From Geosiphon pyriformis uo1 (Eukaryota; Fungi; Glomeromycota): a stretch of DNA of 64,000 nt. The notes below the pieces were generated by a model. The model was not told where the DNA came from and did no database searches. It saw only the letters and a list, made by a program, of their open reading frames with translations. Position numbers and translations under genes: made by a program. The stretch is from NCBI GenBank assembly GCA_016748015.1, contig JAAOMT010000660.1, forward strand, positions 124,001 to 188,000, given 5' to 3'. Below, piece by piece: positions 28,075-40,984 of the stretch (positions within the stretch are counted from its first letter, which is position 1; each line of letters starts with the position of its first letter).

Positions 28075-28911
28075 TCAACAAGTGCTTTCGTTTAGAATGG
28101 CAGATTCCAAAATCAACACTGGAGACGCAACAAAAGACAAAATCTCTATATTCTTGACAATCACACTTTTCGCTCTCAGAACGTCTCGATTTTGGATAAG
28201 ATTATATTCAAAAGCATAGGAATTTGGTTGCTCAATAAAGTGTCGACCATCTTTTATCATCTCCTTACGCTGCTTGACTCGAAAATTATTTGATCCTGAT
28301 AAACCGGTTGCGGTCTTCTTTCTCACGACCAGAAACAATTTGGATTTTTTGGTTAGTCGCAACGATTGATGAGCATGCTCACAATTGAAAATGATCTGGC
28401 CGTTCTCCGTATTCACTTCAGTGACTTGAATTCGAAATGCCTCGAAAAATTTCATGGAACGTTCATTGATTTGGCATACGAGTAGCTGAAGTGAATTTGG
28501 AAAGGAATTGAGATGATTCTTTGTCTTTTCGAAGAGGATTTGATGTATTATATATTTCCAACGACGGCAAACAACGCGCAAAGTCCATAATTTATTGGTT
28601 GAATTCACAAATCCAAGAAGAAAGCTCAATATTTCGTTTGGGAATTCATTTAATGAAAAGGGATTTGCGTGTTGTTCGGGCGAGATTGAGATTGGCAGGT
28701 CTATTTCAGATATAAAATCTTCTGGATTCTTTTCATGAGAATTTGGATCCTTCTCCACGATACCTACCAATGCCAAAGTCGGAGATTTTGTGAAGCTTGA
28801 ACTACAAGTTGGATGTAAGAGCTTCACAGCGGGTGGATCAACATCCTCTTCTTGAATAGAGCAGTCTTGAAAAGACTGAATCAAAGGTGGTAAGGAATGT
28901 TGGTCTAACAT
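28075..28911 (-). CDS. F-box domain protein, single exon, 278 aa
   Basis: FSLNEFPNEILSFLLGFV...LWTLRVVCRRWKYII fits the F-box consensus. Confidence 0.8.
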   Translation of the reverse strand: MLDQHSLPPLIQSFQDCSIQEEDVDPPAVKLLHPTCSSSFTKSPTLALVGIVEKDPNSHEKNPEDFISEIDLPISISPEQHANPFSLNEFPNEILSFLLGFVNSTNKLWTLRVVCRRWKYIIHQILFEKTKNHLNSFPNSLQLLVCQINERSMKFFEAFRIQVTEVNTENGQIIFNCEHAHQSLRLTKKSKLFLVVRKKTATGLSGSNNFRVKQRKEMIKDGRHFIEQPNSYAFEYNLIQNRDVLRAKSVIVKNIEILSFVASPVLILESAILNESTC

Positions 28912-29127
28912 CTTCTAAAATTTTATTCGGAAAACAAGGCATTTATACATTTTTCCTTTTTTAGACTCGTTTAACAAACCATCATTATTGAGATTAAGAT
29001 TAAGATTATAAGATTATGGTCTTTTGTTTTTAACCTTTTAAAGAAATATATCAAAAATTTTTTTTTAAAAGCAAAGATTTCATAAGAAAAATTTCACATT
29101 ATGTATTCAATTAATTTTATCATGCAA

Positions 29128-29158
<31 letters not shown>

Positions 29159-29973
29159 AGATTGATTTTTAAAATTAATTTATTTAATGTTTGTTTACTT
29201 AATTTTATTTAATAATTGGTTCAGAGTTGTATAAAAAAAATGACATTTGTTCGAATGAGAAAATGTCATACATTTACGCGTTTTATTATCGCACGCGAAT
29301 TTATTTTGACAACTTTGTTTCTTTTACCTCATAATTTTTTATTAAACCAAAAATCTTATAAAAATAAAGTTTTTATTAATAAGAAAAAATAATAATAATA
29401 AAAGTGATAAAAAAATATTTTTACTTTACAGAAAATTAATTAATTAATTTAGTGAAATAAGTTACATAAATGTTTTTTTTTTTAATGAAATTATGTTAAT
29501 TAAAGTGATAAATAATTAAAAACAAAAAATAATATTAAAACCATAATAAATATAATAAAATATTAGAATTAATTAATTAATTAATTAATTAATTAAAGAT
29601 TTAGGTTTGATTGTCAAAGAAATTAAAAATTTTTGATTTAGAAAAAAAAAAACAGTTTTATGAAAAGTTTTTCTAAAGAAAAAAGTGAAAATTATTTTGC
29701 TTTTTCCAATGAAAGATATTTATAAAAAAAAAAAAGGGAATTCAGAAATAAATAGTATTCTAATAAACTTTTTTTTTTTTCTAAAAATTAGAAAATAAAA
29801 CTTTTAAATTGATCCCACATCTCTCTTTTGAACAAAGTTTAACATATGTAATTGGCGCAGAAGAAGTTTTAAAAAATACTAAATAAAATTTAGTTGCATT
29901 TTGAGATTTTTGATTGGATAAATAGTTATAAATACTTGCATAAAAATTAATTTTCCCCAAGGAAAACTTTTGA

Positions 29974-30015
<42 letters not shown>

Positions 30016-32813
30016 CACTCAAAAAACCCAATTTTTCTACGCTTATATCTCAATAACTTATAATAGATTTTCGTTTTGAAACTATTACACCATCTGCGTT
30101 GCCCGGTTGGGGCTTTCTCGTGTAAAAAAATTTTTGAGAGACCAAGTATCCTTTTTTTAGTTTTAAAAATAGTAAAACCCTGATATTTTCATTTTTTTTC
30201 TAAAATTAGTTTTTATTTATCTAAATGCAAATATCAAATTCATTTTATTTTCATTGGTTGAGTTTTATTTAATCTCGATTAAGTTTTCAATGGATACCGA
30301 TTCTTTTTGCAAATGGTTCCCATTATCAAATAAATTTTTTAATGAGTATTAATAGAAACAAAACAAAACTTTTTTACTGATAAAATTCCTTGGATTACAA
30401 CAACAATGGGGAAGCTAACCTTTTCTTCTCTAGATTATAAATTTGAGTAACAATCTTTGGCCAAAATTGATTTCGGGCATAAGGTAGGGATTATTTGGTT
30501 TGAACCCTATAAAAATTCTTTCGCTAGAACCATTTTAATAAAAAATCTCTGACAGACGAGTACCACAAACCCCACAAAAATTTTATTCTCACAAATTGTT
30601 TTAATCATTTAGCGCGCGCGCACACAGGAATTCAAGTAAAGAAGAGGATATGTGATTGGTTCCAGGATTACCTGTAACTTATTAATGATTTTTGAGTAAC
30701 AATAGTAAAAAAGCAAAGAATTGGAACACTGCTTATTCGTAACTAAGATACCGTCATTATAAACAATGGGAATTTGTTTTTGGATTCATCTTATTGACGT
30801 GACACATTAGAAAAATTGACCTAAACATGAATCAACAACAGAAAATCAAAATCATAATCAAAATCAAAATCAAAAAAAAAAAGTTGTCGTTTTCTTAGAA
30901 TAAAGATATTTCTCTTTTTCATTTCAAAACCCTGTATAAAGTTTACACCCTCTCAACTTTCTATACTGCTTTGGATTATTTCAACTCTTGGGTTTATTTT
31001 ATTTTATTTTATTTTATTTTATTTAATTTATTTTATTTTATATTATATTATCCATTTATTTTTCTTTTAAGATTGAAAACAAAAATTAATAATTCTTGTG
31101 AAGATAACCGCAAATAAGCTCCTAATTTTTTTTTTGTCTTTTTTACTTTACCAAATAACCACGTGGTTTTCTAAAATATTCATCAATTAAAATCAATTAA
31201 AAATATCTTTAATGATGTCAGCTAATTTGATATCTATACTTTTTGTTCCCTTTTTATAATCATTGTAACTTTCATAGGGAAACTCAAACAAAAAAATGTC
31301 TCTAAAAAATTCTAACGTATAAATTAATTTTTTAATCATGCATATTTTAAATTCTTAAAATTTAAATTTAGAGACTAATAAGAAATTATCATTTTTTTCT
31401 TTCTAAAAATCAAAATATCGAGTTTTTTTTTATTATTTCAGATTCCAGTATTTAGTTCCATCCGATTTAAAGTAAATTTATTTTTTTTATATCAATTTCC
31501 CAATAATTAAAAATATTTTTATAAATTATAAGTCATCCATTTATTAAAGGTTTCAATATACTGTATATTAAATAAGAATATAAGAATTCGTGACAAAAAT
31601 TTCAAAAATTTTTTTTTAATCTTATCTCACTTTGAAACTACAATGTATTTATTTAGAAGAGATTACAGGATTAAAAGGCTAGATTTTTTCTGAAATATCC
31701 GGAAAATGAAATTTACTCTAAATATAGAATTTTCTGCAGTAAATCTTTTTTATAATATTAAATTGAATGAATAGTATAAAGTAAAAAAAAAAATTTTTCC
31801 TTAACTTTGTCAAATTTGCTACGGTTTCTATTAATTTTTTAAAAATGAAAATCTTTTAATGATGACATATCGATCAGTTTACCTTTTGTAAGCATTGTTC
31901 TGGATTCATTGTTGTTTACCGAATCAGAATCTTTATTTTTTCTAGAAAATACTTTGCTTAAGTTATCACAAATTGGCACTTGACCTTTGCCAAAAAAAGT
32001 TCAAAGATCACTTTTCTTTTGCTAATTGGGAAATTCCTTTGCAGATATGGTAACCAATTGGATTTCACTACTGAAAAGATGATGTGAATAATGTAACCCT
32101 TTGCGTTTTAAAATGCTACTTTTGAAACATTTTTCAATCTTTTTCTGCAGCATTTCAAATCATAGCTTAATCTCCAATGATCTATATCAAATCAGAATAA
32201 AATTTTAACTATTTGGCGGCTTTTTTTTTTTTTTTTGGTGTAGTAAATTTTAATTCTGACATCCAAGTTTAAAAATCCTCCCCACCTCAATTATAAACGA
32301 ATCATGTCTATTAAATTTATCCAAAAAATATTATCGCTTTTTACCTTCCCAGACCTATTGAATTCTTTAAAATGATATTAGAAACAGGACTAAAAAAAAT
32401 TATCAAATCGTTTCATAATTAGGGTTTCTTTATTTGATTAATTATTTTAAGCCTATAATTGATTAAGTGTTCTCAGAATTACCTGAACCTATCTTTTCCT
32501 TTAGTGAGAAGGGAAATTTGACCCCCTTTGTCAAACCATCCTTCATTTTCTCGTTTTCTCGCTTTCTGTTTATTCGTGACACAATGTCACATGTCACTGA
32601 TTTCCATAATTTACTAAAAAGGAAAATATCTTGTGAACGACAGAAAATCCAAAAGAAATTGAAAATCTGTGTAAATATAGACATGAGAATTAAATCATGA
32701 TTTCTTTGATGTTACAATTGAATTAGCAATCGATTTATTCAATCTAGTTTTTAGACCCCATCGAACTCAAAACTAAGAATTACGATTTCATCATTTATCA
32801 CAAGCTCATTTTT

Positions 32814-32970
32814 ACCACCACCACCACCACCACCACCACCACCACCACCACCACCACCACTACCACTACCACTACCACTACCACTACCACTACCACTACC
32901 ACTACCACTATTACCACTACCATTATCATTACCATTACATTTACCACTACTACTACTACTACTACCACAA
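32814..32970 (+). repeat. Compound (ACC)n/(ACCACT)n/(ACT)n microsatellite
   Basis: Directly visible; source of the spurious poly-Val ORF. Confidence 0.9.
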
Positions 32971-33578
32971 CTATCATCACCCCTCCCCTCTCACTATGTT
33001 TTCAAAAAAAATTTTCGGCCCTTTTGTTCTCCTTTTATGTTGGAATTCCACTGGACTCTCGTTATTTTCACAAGCTCCGAATAAATCAACTGATTCTTCA
33101 AGAATTGATTCCGGATTTTTTTTACCCACACTTTTAATTACCATGCATTTTTGACATCACCCCGATGTACCTCAAGTTTTTTAAATGAATTAAAAAAGTT
33201 ATATTACGATACTTAAAGACATCAATATAAATATTCATATTAACAATGATTCATTGTATACCCGATTATAATAATATATTTTTTGCTTAGATTTTTGGTA
33301 CTACCATGTTCGAAAAGTTCCGGTGACACACAAAGTGTCTCAGGACCCAATGTAGAAAATACATAGCTGCCAATCCAGTTTCATCAACTTTTCTTCTCGC
33401 TTTTCTCTTTCACCTTCGCTTCATTTTTGTTTCTCGTTATCGTACTTTTTCGTTTTCGAATTTTCCCCCCTCCCCCGTTAAAAAACCTTTCTGTGCGACT
33501 TTCGTTTCGGGTTTATTTTACATTTCTACTTCTGGTTAAAGTGGTCTACCCAAAGACTAACCGTCGAAAAAAAATATC

Positions 33579-36127
33579 ATGTTTCCCAACGGTCACGAAG
33601 TAAACGGTACATCGAGCGAAACCAATTCCTTTAACTCGGGCTCCAAATCTGTAGGTCACATTTTCAAATTCCAATCTAATCACAAAGGCTAACCTTTGTA
33701 AAACGAAATGGGACTACGATTTGCATACTCTTTTTTACTTTTTGAATCGGCCTAGTTCCCAATTTTTGCCTTTCAAAAAAGTTTCTCAGAGCTGGAGCAA
33801 CAATTTCGTGCGCTTGAAGGTCAAATAAAAGTGAGTCTACTTTAAAGTTTTGTGTTTGAGTTGTTAAATTAATTGAACAAATACTCATGTATCTCCGGCT
33901 TTTTACAAGGAAAAAGATGAAATGATCAAAAAATTGCGTGAGGAAGTCATGAGACTAGATAGTGAAAATAAAGGTCTCAAATCGGTAAGTACCTTATATT
34001 CATGATATTTGAAATTCCCCCCCCCCCCCCTCCCGCTTCCAATTCCAATTCCAATTCCAATTCCAATTCCAGTTCCAATCCCTGCTCTACTCTTCTTAAC
34101 TAAATTATTCTGATTATTCGATATCGTTTTTATTAAAGGGTTATTCAACTTATTCATACCCTCCACCAAAATTTCCACCTCACGATCGTTTTCCAAGAGT
34201 ACCTGAACTCAAGGAGAAAATTATAAGAGCCGTTGATAAAGTATTTAGTGAATTTTTGCCAGATGTGAGTATATTATTAATCAACCTAAACATATTTTAA
34301 GTCCATATCGTCAAGCTCATTGGAATAAGAAAAAATTGAAGAACCGATTTCACTATATAGCCTTACCCATTCAAATTAATTTGACTCTATCTTAGATCAG
34401 AGCGATATTTCACCTGATATAACTTGCGTTATTAATTGACGATTAAAATAACATGGTAAAAATTTATAATTTTTGCTTTAAATAAATAGCCATCCACCTC
34501 ACATCCTGTTAATCGCCAATATCCCCACCAATGGGTTTCTCCATCGCCCGGATCAAACGGTATTTTTTTTTTAATTATTATTAAGAATTTAATTAATTAC
34601 TATATCTTGCTGAATGATATTAAAACACATATATTATATAATCTTCTTTGTATGCAGCAGTCACGCCTTCACCCCTTCCTACTCAACCTTCTACCCCAGA
34701 TCGATCTGTAGATGATAATTCCAGCATTAATATAATTACTCCCTATGAGGGCAATACAACTGAAAATAAAAATTTGGTAGCTTCTTATCAGGTACCAAAT
34801 ACTAGTGTTTCTTACAATCTAGAAACCTTTCTATATCTCGCTTAACCACAATTTTTCTTGCGGAAAACTTTTGTCTTTTCAGAATTCTCACGGACATGCT
34901 TCTGAATCAGAATCTCTCCGGGAAGCGACGGATGAGAACTTAAGGGACCAACATCACAATCATAACAATCATATTAACGAAAATGATGGAGATGCGAAAT
35001 CAAGCTCACCGAATACAACCTCAGTGGTTCCAAAGAATCCTTATCACTTCAACTACAATAGCAACATCAACAACAACAACAACAGCAACAGCAACAACAA
35101 CAATAATAATATTATTAATAATAATAACAATCGGGGTTTTAAATACACTCCTAATCCTAATTATAGCATAAATATTAGCAATGGCAATAATAATAATAAT
35201 AATATTAATAATAGTAATAATAATATTAATAATAATAATAACTACAACAATAACTTCAACAATAACAACAACAAGATCATGAACAACCGAAAAAGCGTTA
35301 GTTTTCCATTCATATCAATCTTTTTAATTTCATCGATAAATTAATTGAACTTTTTTTGTTTTGTTTTCAAAGGCATACACTGCCTTCGTATCATGGACTG
35401 GTCAGATGTCGGCTGATGTACTTCGTTCTTTGTTCAAAAAAGAAGACGTAACTATATTTTTTTTATTGCTAATTTATAATATACATTCTGTTAAACAAAT
35501 AATTATAAATAACCAGGTAAAAGATATTCGACAATCTCCCAACAAATCATTTGCCCATATCGACTTTACCTCGGATGATGCTCTAAAGCGTGCCTTAGAA
35601 CTGAATGGAATGGTAAAATTATTATGAACTATTTTCATTAAAATCCCCTTGAATTTTTATAAAACTCGTGTTAAAATTTTTTCTTTTTAAAGTCACTTGC
35701 GGAGCATGGAGTTCCAGGGGCTCTGCGTGTAGAGAAGGGTAAACCACGCGGTAATCCCCAATCTTTGATTAAATCCTTGATAAAACAATTAATAACCTTT
35801 GCCTTTGAAACATATTCTAATATTTCTTATCTTAATCTCATCTAATTAGAAAACGGTCAACGTCCACAACAGTACCAATATACAAATCAAAACCAGAACC
35901 CAAATCTGCAAAATAAGAACCGACCTGGTTTCAATAACCCGTCTAGTTTTGGAAATGGACCTCCAAAGATTAACGGGCACAATGAAACGTTTCCGCGTGA
36001 TGATGTTAAGATGACGGCTTGGAACAATTTTCCAAACAACACTGTAAGTCTTGATGGTCCAGTAAACCAGTTGACTAGCAATCCCTCCATTCAACATGAC
36101 ACGAAAATCAACGAGGAAAATTCTTAA
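33579..36127 (+). CDS. RRM RNA-binding protein with N-terminal coiled coil and poly-Asn low-complexity region, multi-exon
   Basis: Exons encode ELEQQFRALEGQIK|EKDEMIKKLREEVMRLDSENKGLKS, a Pro-rich part, a long Asn tract, then the RRM AYTAFVSW..LRSLF..|VKDIR..KSFAHIDF..ALKRALELNG..LRVEKGKPR and a Q/N-rich tail ending ..NEENS*. Confidence 0.75.
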
Positions 36128-37169
36128 AAAAGTAGGTATTATAGAATTTTAAACTCGCCAACATTTTTCAATATGGCTGAGGAAAAAGTATAGACACAAT
36201 AGATTGTATTTGAGTTACATTACGCCAAGCATTAAGGCATTGGGCAGAAGGTGGAAATTGGAATGATGTTATGGTGATCCAAGTTGTATAGGTGGTATCT
36301 CTCTGCCATTAGATTTTGGAGAATTTTTTTCCATTCATAGTATGTTTCATTTTTTAATGTTTCCCACTTTAAATTTCCTTATCATAGACAATTCTACATA
36401 TAAATATACAATATCCCAGTTCCCATTATTTGTTTTTATTCTTTTAGACATCACATACTTTCACCAAGAATGTAACACTATACATACATATATACAATAA
36501 TCTTCCCCTTTTTCCCCTTTTCCTTGCACATACAAGTTCGAAATAAAATTAAATTGTACGAATATTTCCAACAATATTACTATTGCACTGATAATTTAGA
36601 AATTGTATTATCCCGTCCGATTGGAAATAGGTTTTAAATCATTGAATATCTTGATGAAGACGAATTGATGCTCGTTTATCATTGGGCGATAAGGTTAATG
36701 CTATTGTAGGATTATGGGTTTCATGAATGATGATTTTAGGCTCCTTGTGTTAATGCTATTGTGAGTTTAGTCCACCAGCCATGTCTGACCATTTTGAAAA
36801 GAGGAAAGATAATTTACATGAATCTAGCCCCACTTTGAAATTTGTTGCGATATATCATTCTTTATCCGAACAACCAATTTTTATTAATAATCATTTCTAA
36901 AGGACAGAGTTTGCCCATACGAAATCGACGTTTGCTATACAACGTTTTATTTTTTTCTCTGTAAAATTTATTTTTCATAAATCAATTTGTGCACATGCTG
37001 GCGATTCCATGACACGACTCCATGAGGGAACCATAGTGCGATTTCTTTTTCGGCATTTTCCGGCAAATCGGAACTATCCATCATCAATTATAATAGTTTA
37101 ATATAGATAAGAAGCAATATAAATGAGATGATACTTAAAGAAAATATAAGTAATTACATACCCATGACA

Positions 37170-37740
37170 TAGATTACGGCCAACTTTTTAAGCCATGATG
37201 AAAAATTAAATGAGGACCAAGCAAGATCACGATTTAAATAAGCAAGAGGGTAGAAAACACTTACCATCGATACAAAAGTCACCACGGATAGTCCCGGGAG
37301 CAGATGAGAGCGGATTAGTTTCACCAAGAAGACGACGCCCAGTACTAACTGCATCTTTTCCACTCCATACCATTCCCACAACCGGACCAGATAACATATC
37401 TGAGTAAAAAATTTGTTATGAGATCAGATGTTCATAGAAGAATATCCAAATATACCAATAGATTAATTTTACAGACATTTTATAAGACCAGGGAAGAAGG
37501 GCTTTTCCTTGAGATCTCTGTAGTGTTCTTGCAAGAGCTCTTGAGTTGGCTATGAGATTGGTGAGGTGAACTGAGTCGGTTTGTTACTCCAAGAGATATA
37601 AACCCTCGAGAATAATTGATAATTCATAAAATATGTACCTCAATAAGTTGAAGCGCCAAAAGCTGATACCCTTTATTCTCAAACCGTTTGATGATTTCGC
37701 CTACCAGGCCACGTTCTACACCATCGGGCTAAATTTTTAA
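37170..37740 (+). other. Possible small or degenerate spliced gene
   Basis: Higher-GC blocks bounded by GT/AG-like sites and a 65-aa ORF, but no consistent reading frame could be assembled. Confidence 0.2.
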
Positions 37741-38094
37741 ACCATGATTGATGAGATAGGCATTTTTTTGATAAATATTTGATTAGAGTTACATTTAATT
37801 AATAATTAATTCGAGCCACAAGTGCTCCAGTCTTTTCACTTATCAAAGAAAAGCCCGTAAATTTGACATGAATATAGAGTTACTTTTTTACCTTGACCAT
37901 GATATAAGTACGTTCGACACCCATATTTTATTGTTTGACAAGTTGAAAAAGGAGTATCGTATTAAAAAAATTTTTGATCGTTTTAATCACTACAACGCAA
38001 TAAGAACCACGATTCCTATTGGTTAACAAAACGAGATTTTAAAAAATAAATATTATTTAACATGTATTATTTTTTTACATTTTTAGCGTTAATT

Positions 38095-38200
38095 TTTTTG
38101 AATGTATTAACTAAGTATGATTTAACTACAACTTAAGAATAACAGAGGATATTACAATTAAAAGCAGCTTATGTGGTTTTTATATGTGACCAGCCATCTG
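38095..38200 (-). mobile_element. Extremely 5'-truncated retroposed LINE-family 3' tail (about 106 bp)
   Basis: The minus strand reads CTGGTCACATATAAAAACCACATAAGCT..A7, resembling the LINE 3' UTR. TSD is TTAGCGTTAATT (38083-38094) / TTAGCATTAATT (38201-38212). Confidence 0.7.
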
Positions 38201-39112
38201 TTAGCATTAATTAATTATTAATTATTAATTATTAATTATTAATTATTACTTATTAATTATTAATTATTAAAATAATTCATAAATTTTTATTTATTTATGA
38301 TTTAATTTACATAATACACAAATGTAATTAAATATTATAATTATATTATGTATTAAATCAAAATAGTTTAAACAAAATTTTAATAATTTGGCCAAGTAAG
38401 ACATAAAACAATAGTAATAGTATTATTTTGTTAAAAATCATGAATTATTTCTCTACTTTCACATTTTTCAGAAAAAATTAAGTGATTGTAATTTTAAAAA
38501 TAATCCTGTATATTGAATTCTTAAAAATTCAATTTGCTTTTTTAATTGTTTTTTTTTAATTATTTTTTATTACTTTCAATAGCTGTTTTTTTTTGCTATT
38601 TGTTAAATTTTTATTCAGATCTATAACAATTATTTATTTTATTATTATTTATTATTATTATTATTGTTGTTGTTGTTGTTGTTATTTAAAATTTAAAAAA
38701 TTCTTGCACAAAAGTTTATAACTTGTTTATTTAAAATTAGAATTTAAATTATAAAAAATTAAAATAACTAAATTTTATAAATTATTTTACCAACTATTTT
38801 AAAAAAATACATTTTTTATTACTTTATATAAAATTTTTTAGTCATATTTACAAAAAATTTTATATTTATAATATTTGTTTTATTAATTTTAGTTAAATAT
38901 TATCTTAATGGTTATTTTTTAGTTTTACTTTATTTATTAAATTTAAGTTTTTATTTTAAGTTTGTTTATTATTATGGAATAAAAAATTACTTCTTTCTCT
39001 CTTACCTCCAAAAAACTCTTAAAAAGTGCAATTTTCTGTGAAAAGAAGTTTTTTTGTTTCTTTAGTCTATATCAATATTTTTTTACCTAATAATAACCCA
39101 TTTTTCGTGGAT

Positions 39113-40984
39113 ATGGAAGCTACTGCTAGTAGCACCACATCTAAAAAGAAGACTCCTAAGGGCACTTTTCATGGTCCTGCTGATGGTTCTTTCTCTCAAA
39201 AGAAGAAAGTTGTTTTGGACAATGTAAAACACTCTGGTGATGAAAGAGATATATCTTTAAGCAGATCTGGATCTGGTGATAATGTTTATTCTAATGTGAA
39301 AAGTCTCTTTGGTGAGGATGAAAATGTTAGCATGTCTGGTATAGATGGTGGATCTCTTTTGGGCTCAGCCGCTACTACACCCAAGGTGAAACAGGTCAAT
39401 ACTGGTGCTGTTTTTGGTTCTCCACTTGGATCTCCCGACTTTTATATGGATGATGATGAAGTTGTGCTTCTTTTTTGCCTATCTATTTCTTTTGACAAGA
39501 AGTAGATTGACCCAAAAATTATCAAAACTCCTGTGGAAGTGTCAATTAAAAAATCATTTGCTTTGAATATTAATCTCTTAGCTGTGGAAAATAAATCAGC
39601 TACTGCAAAAACTCAGTTGATTAGAAAAAATTTTTCATTAGTTAATAGTTTTGGGGAGGTCACTACCCCCTCAAAATTTGAAGAGATTATCTGATCTACC
39701 TTCACTTCAGAAAAGAGCATGGAAATGGCCACATTATTGGCCAGAGAAAAGAGGATCAACATAAACAGCAATCTTAGGAAACAAGAAATAAGGTCAGATT
39801 GGGCTGTGGTAATTAAGGAAATTCCCATGAATACACCTAAGGACATAATTGTCACTGCAGTGTCCAAATTTGAAGAAATTAAGTCGATCAAAATTCAGTT
39901 GATTGGAATGTGGCAAAAGACTGTAGTGGAGTTTGTTGAGTTAGACTATGCTGATTTGTTGGCCTTTAAGTAGTCACTTCTGATTGGTAAGAATTCTGTG
40001 TGTGTAGCCAAAACAGTTGAAAATTATGAAACTTGGGCATCAAAGAATTGGTTCAAAGCACTTTTGTTTACTTTACCAGTAGGAATGACAGCACATGATC
40101 TTGGGAATCTTCTGAAAAGGGCTGGTGAGAAAATTTGTGTCATAAACAGATCACTAGAAACTGGTAATAGAATTCACTGTGCAGTAGTTGGTTTTGAATC
40201 TGATGATAATCTGGAATTTGCTTTTTGCACAAAGCTGATTCTTGGCAGTATTAAACTTTCTTGGACAAGAATGGACTTGGTTTAATGTGAGAGATGTGGG
40301 AAATTTGACTATTTGGCTTTGGAATGTGATATACCAGTTGCATTTGTTTCTAGGCCTTCAAAAACATTTAAGAGAGTTGTGTCTAATAGACATTGTCTTT
40401 AGTTGGCAAAGTTGTATAAGAGAAAAAGTGTTTCAATATCTCATCTTGCTGTCTTTGATGGCAAATCTTGGGCCCAGGTAGTCTTACCTGCTGGTTCCTC
40501 TGATGGTTTTTGTTTTGCTTCTGGTTCTGGTTCCTCTTTCCCTAGCACCTCAGATTTGATTGGTGGTCTTTCTCCTGTCTCAGCTAACAATTCATCTTTG
40601 GATGCTTATTTGGCCTTATTAGAACAATTCTTAAAGTTATTAGCTGACCAAGTTTCTGGCATTCTGTGCAAACTCAGCAAAATCAAAATGGTACAACAAG
40701 TTCTATTTCCTTTCTTAAAAGTTTTAGCTACCTTGGTTGCTGCTGAAAGAGATTTGGCTTTAGACATAATTGTGGATGGTCCAGAGGTGGTGCTCTCACC
40801 CTCTTCTTTTATCTCTTCTAGTATTTTAGTCTTGAGTCAGAGTAGTTTAAGGATCTTGACGACCAAGGTTGGCAGTTTGAAATCCAAGTTGGTAGCTCTT
40901 GAGGCTTCTGTAAGTTCAGTTTTGACAAAGTTAGATTACTTGTATGCGAGTTCGGGTCTTTTGCTATTCTTTTTGTCCCAATGA
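39113..40984 (+). pseudogene. LINE ORF1 (gag-like: RRM-like region, Zn knuckle, coiled coil)
   Basis: Four ORF-track fragments lie in one frame. AVVIKEIP..VSKF..IKSIK, CERCGKFDYLALEC, SWAQVV. About 4 in-frame stops. Confidence 0.85.

Noticed and set aside
32798-32980. Poly-Val ORF
   Set aside because: It is the antisense reading of the ACC/ACT microsatellite.
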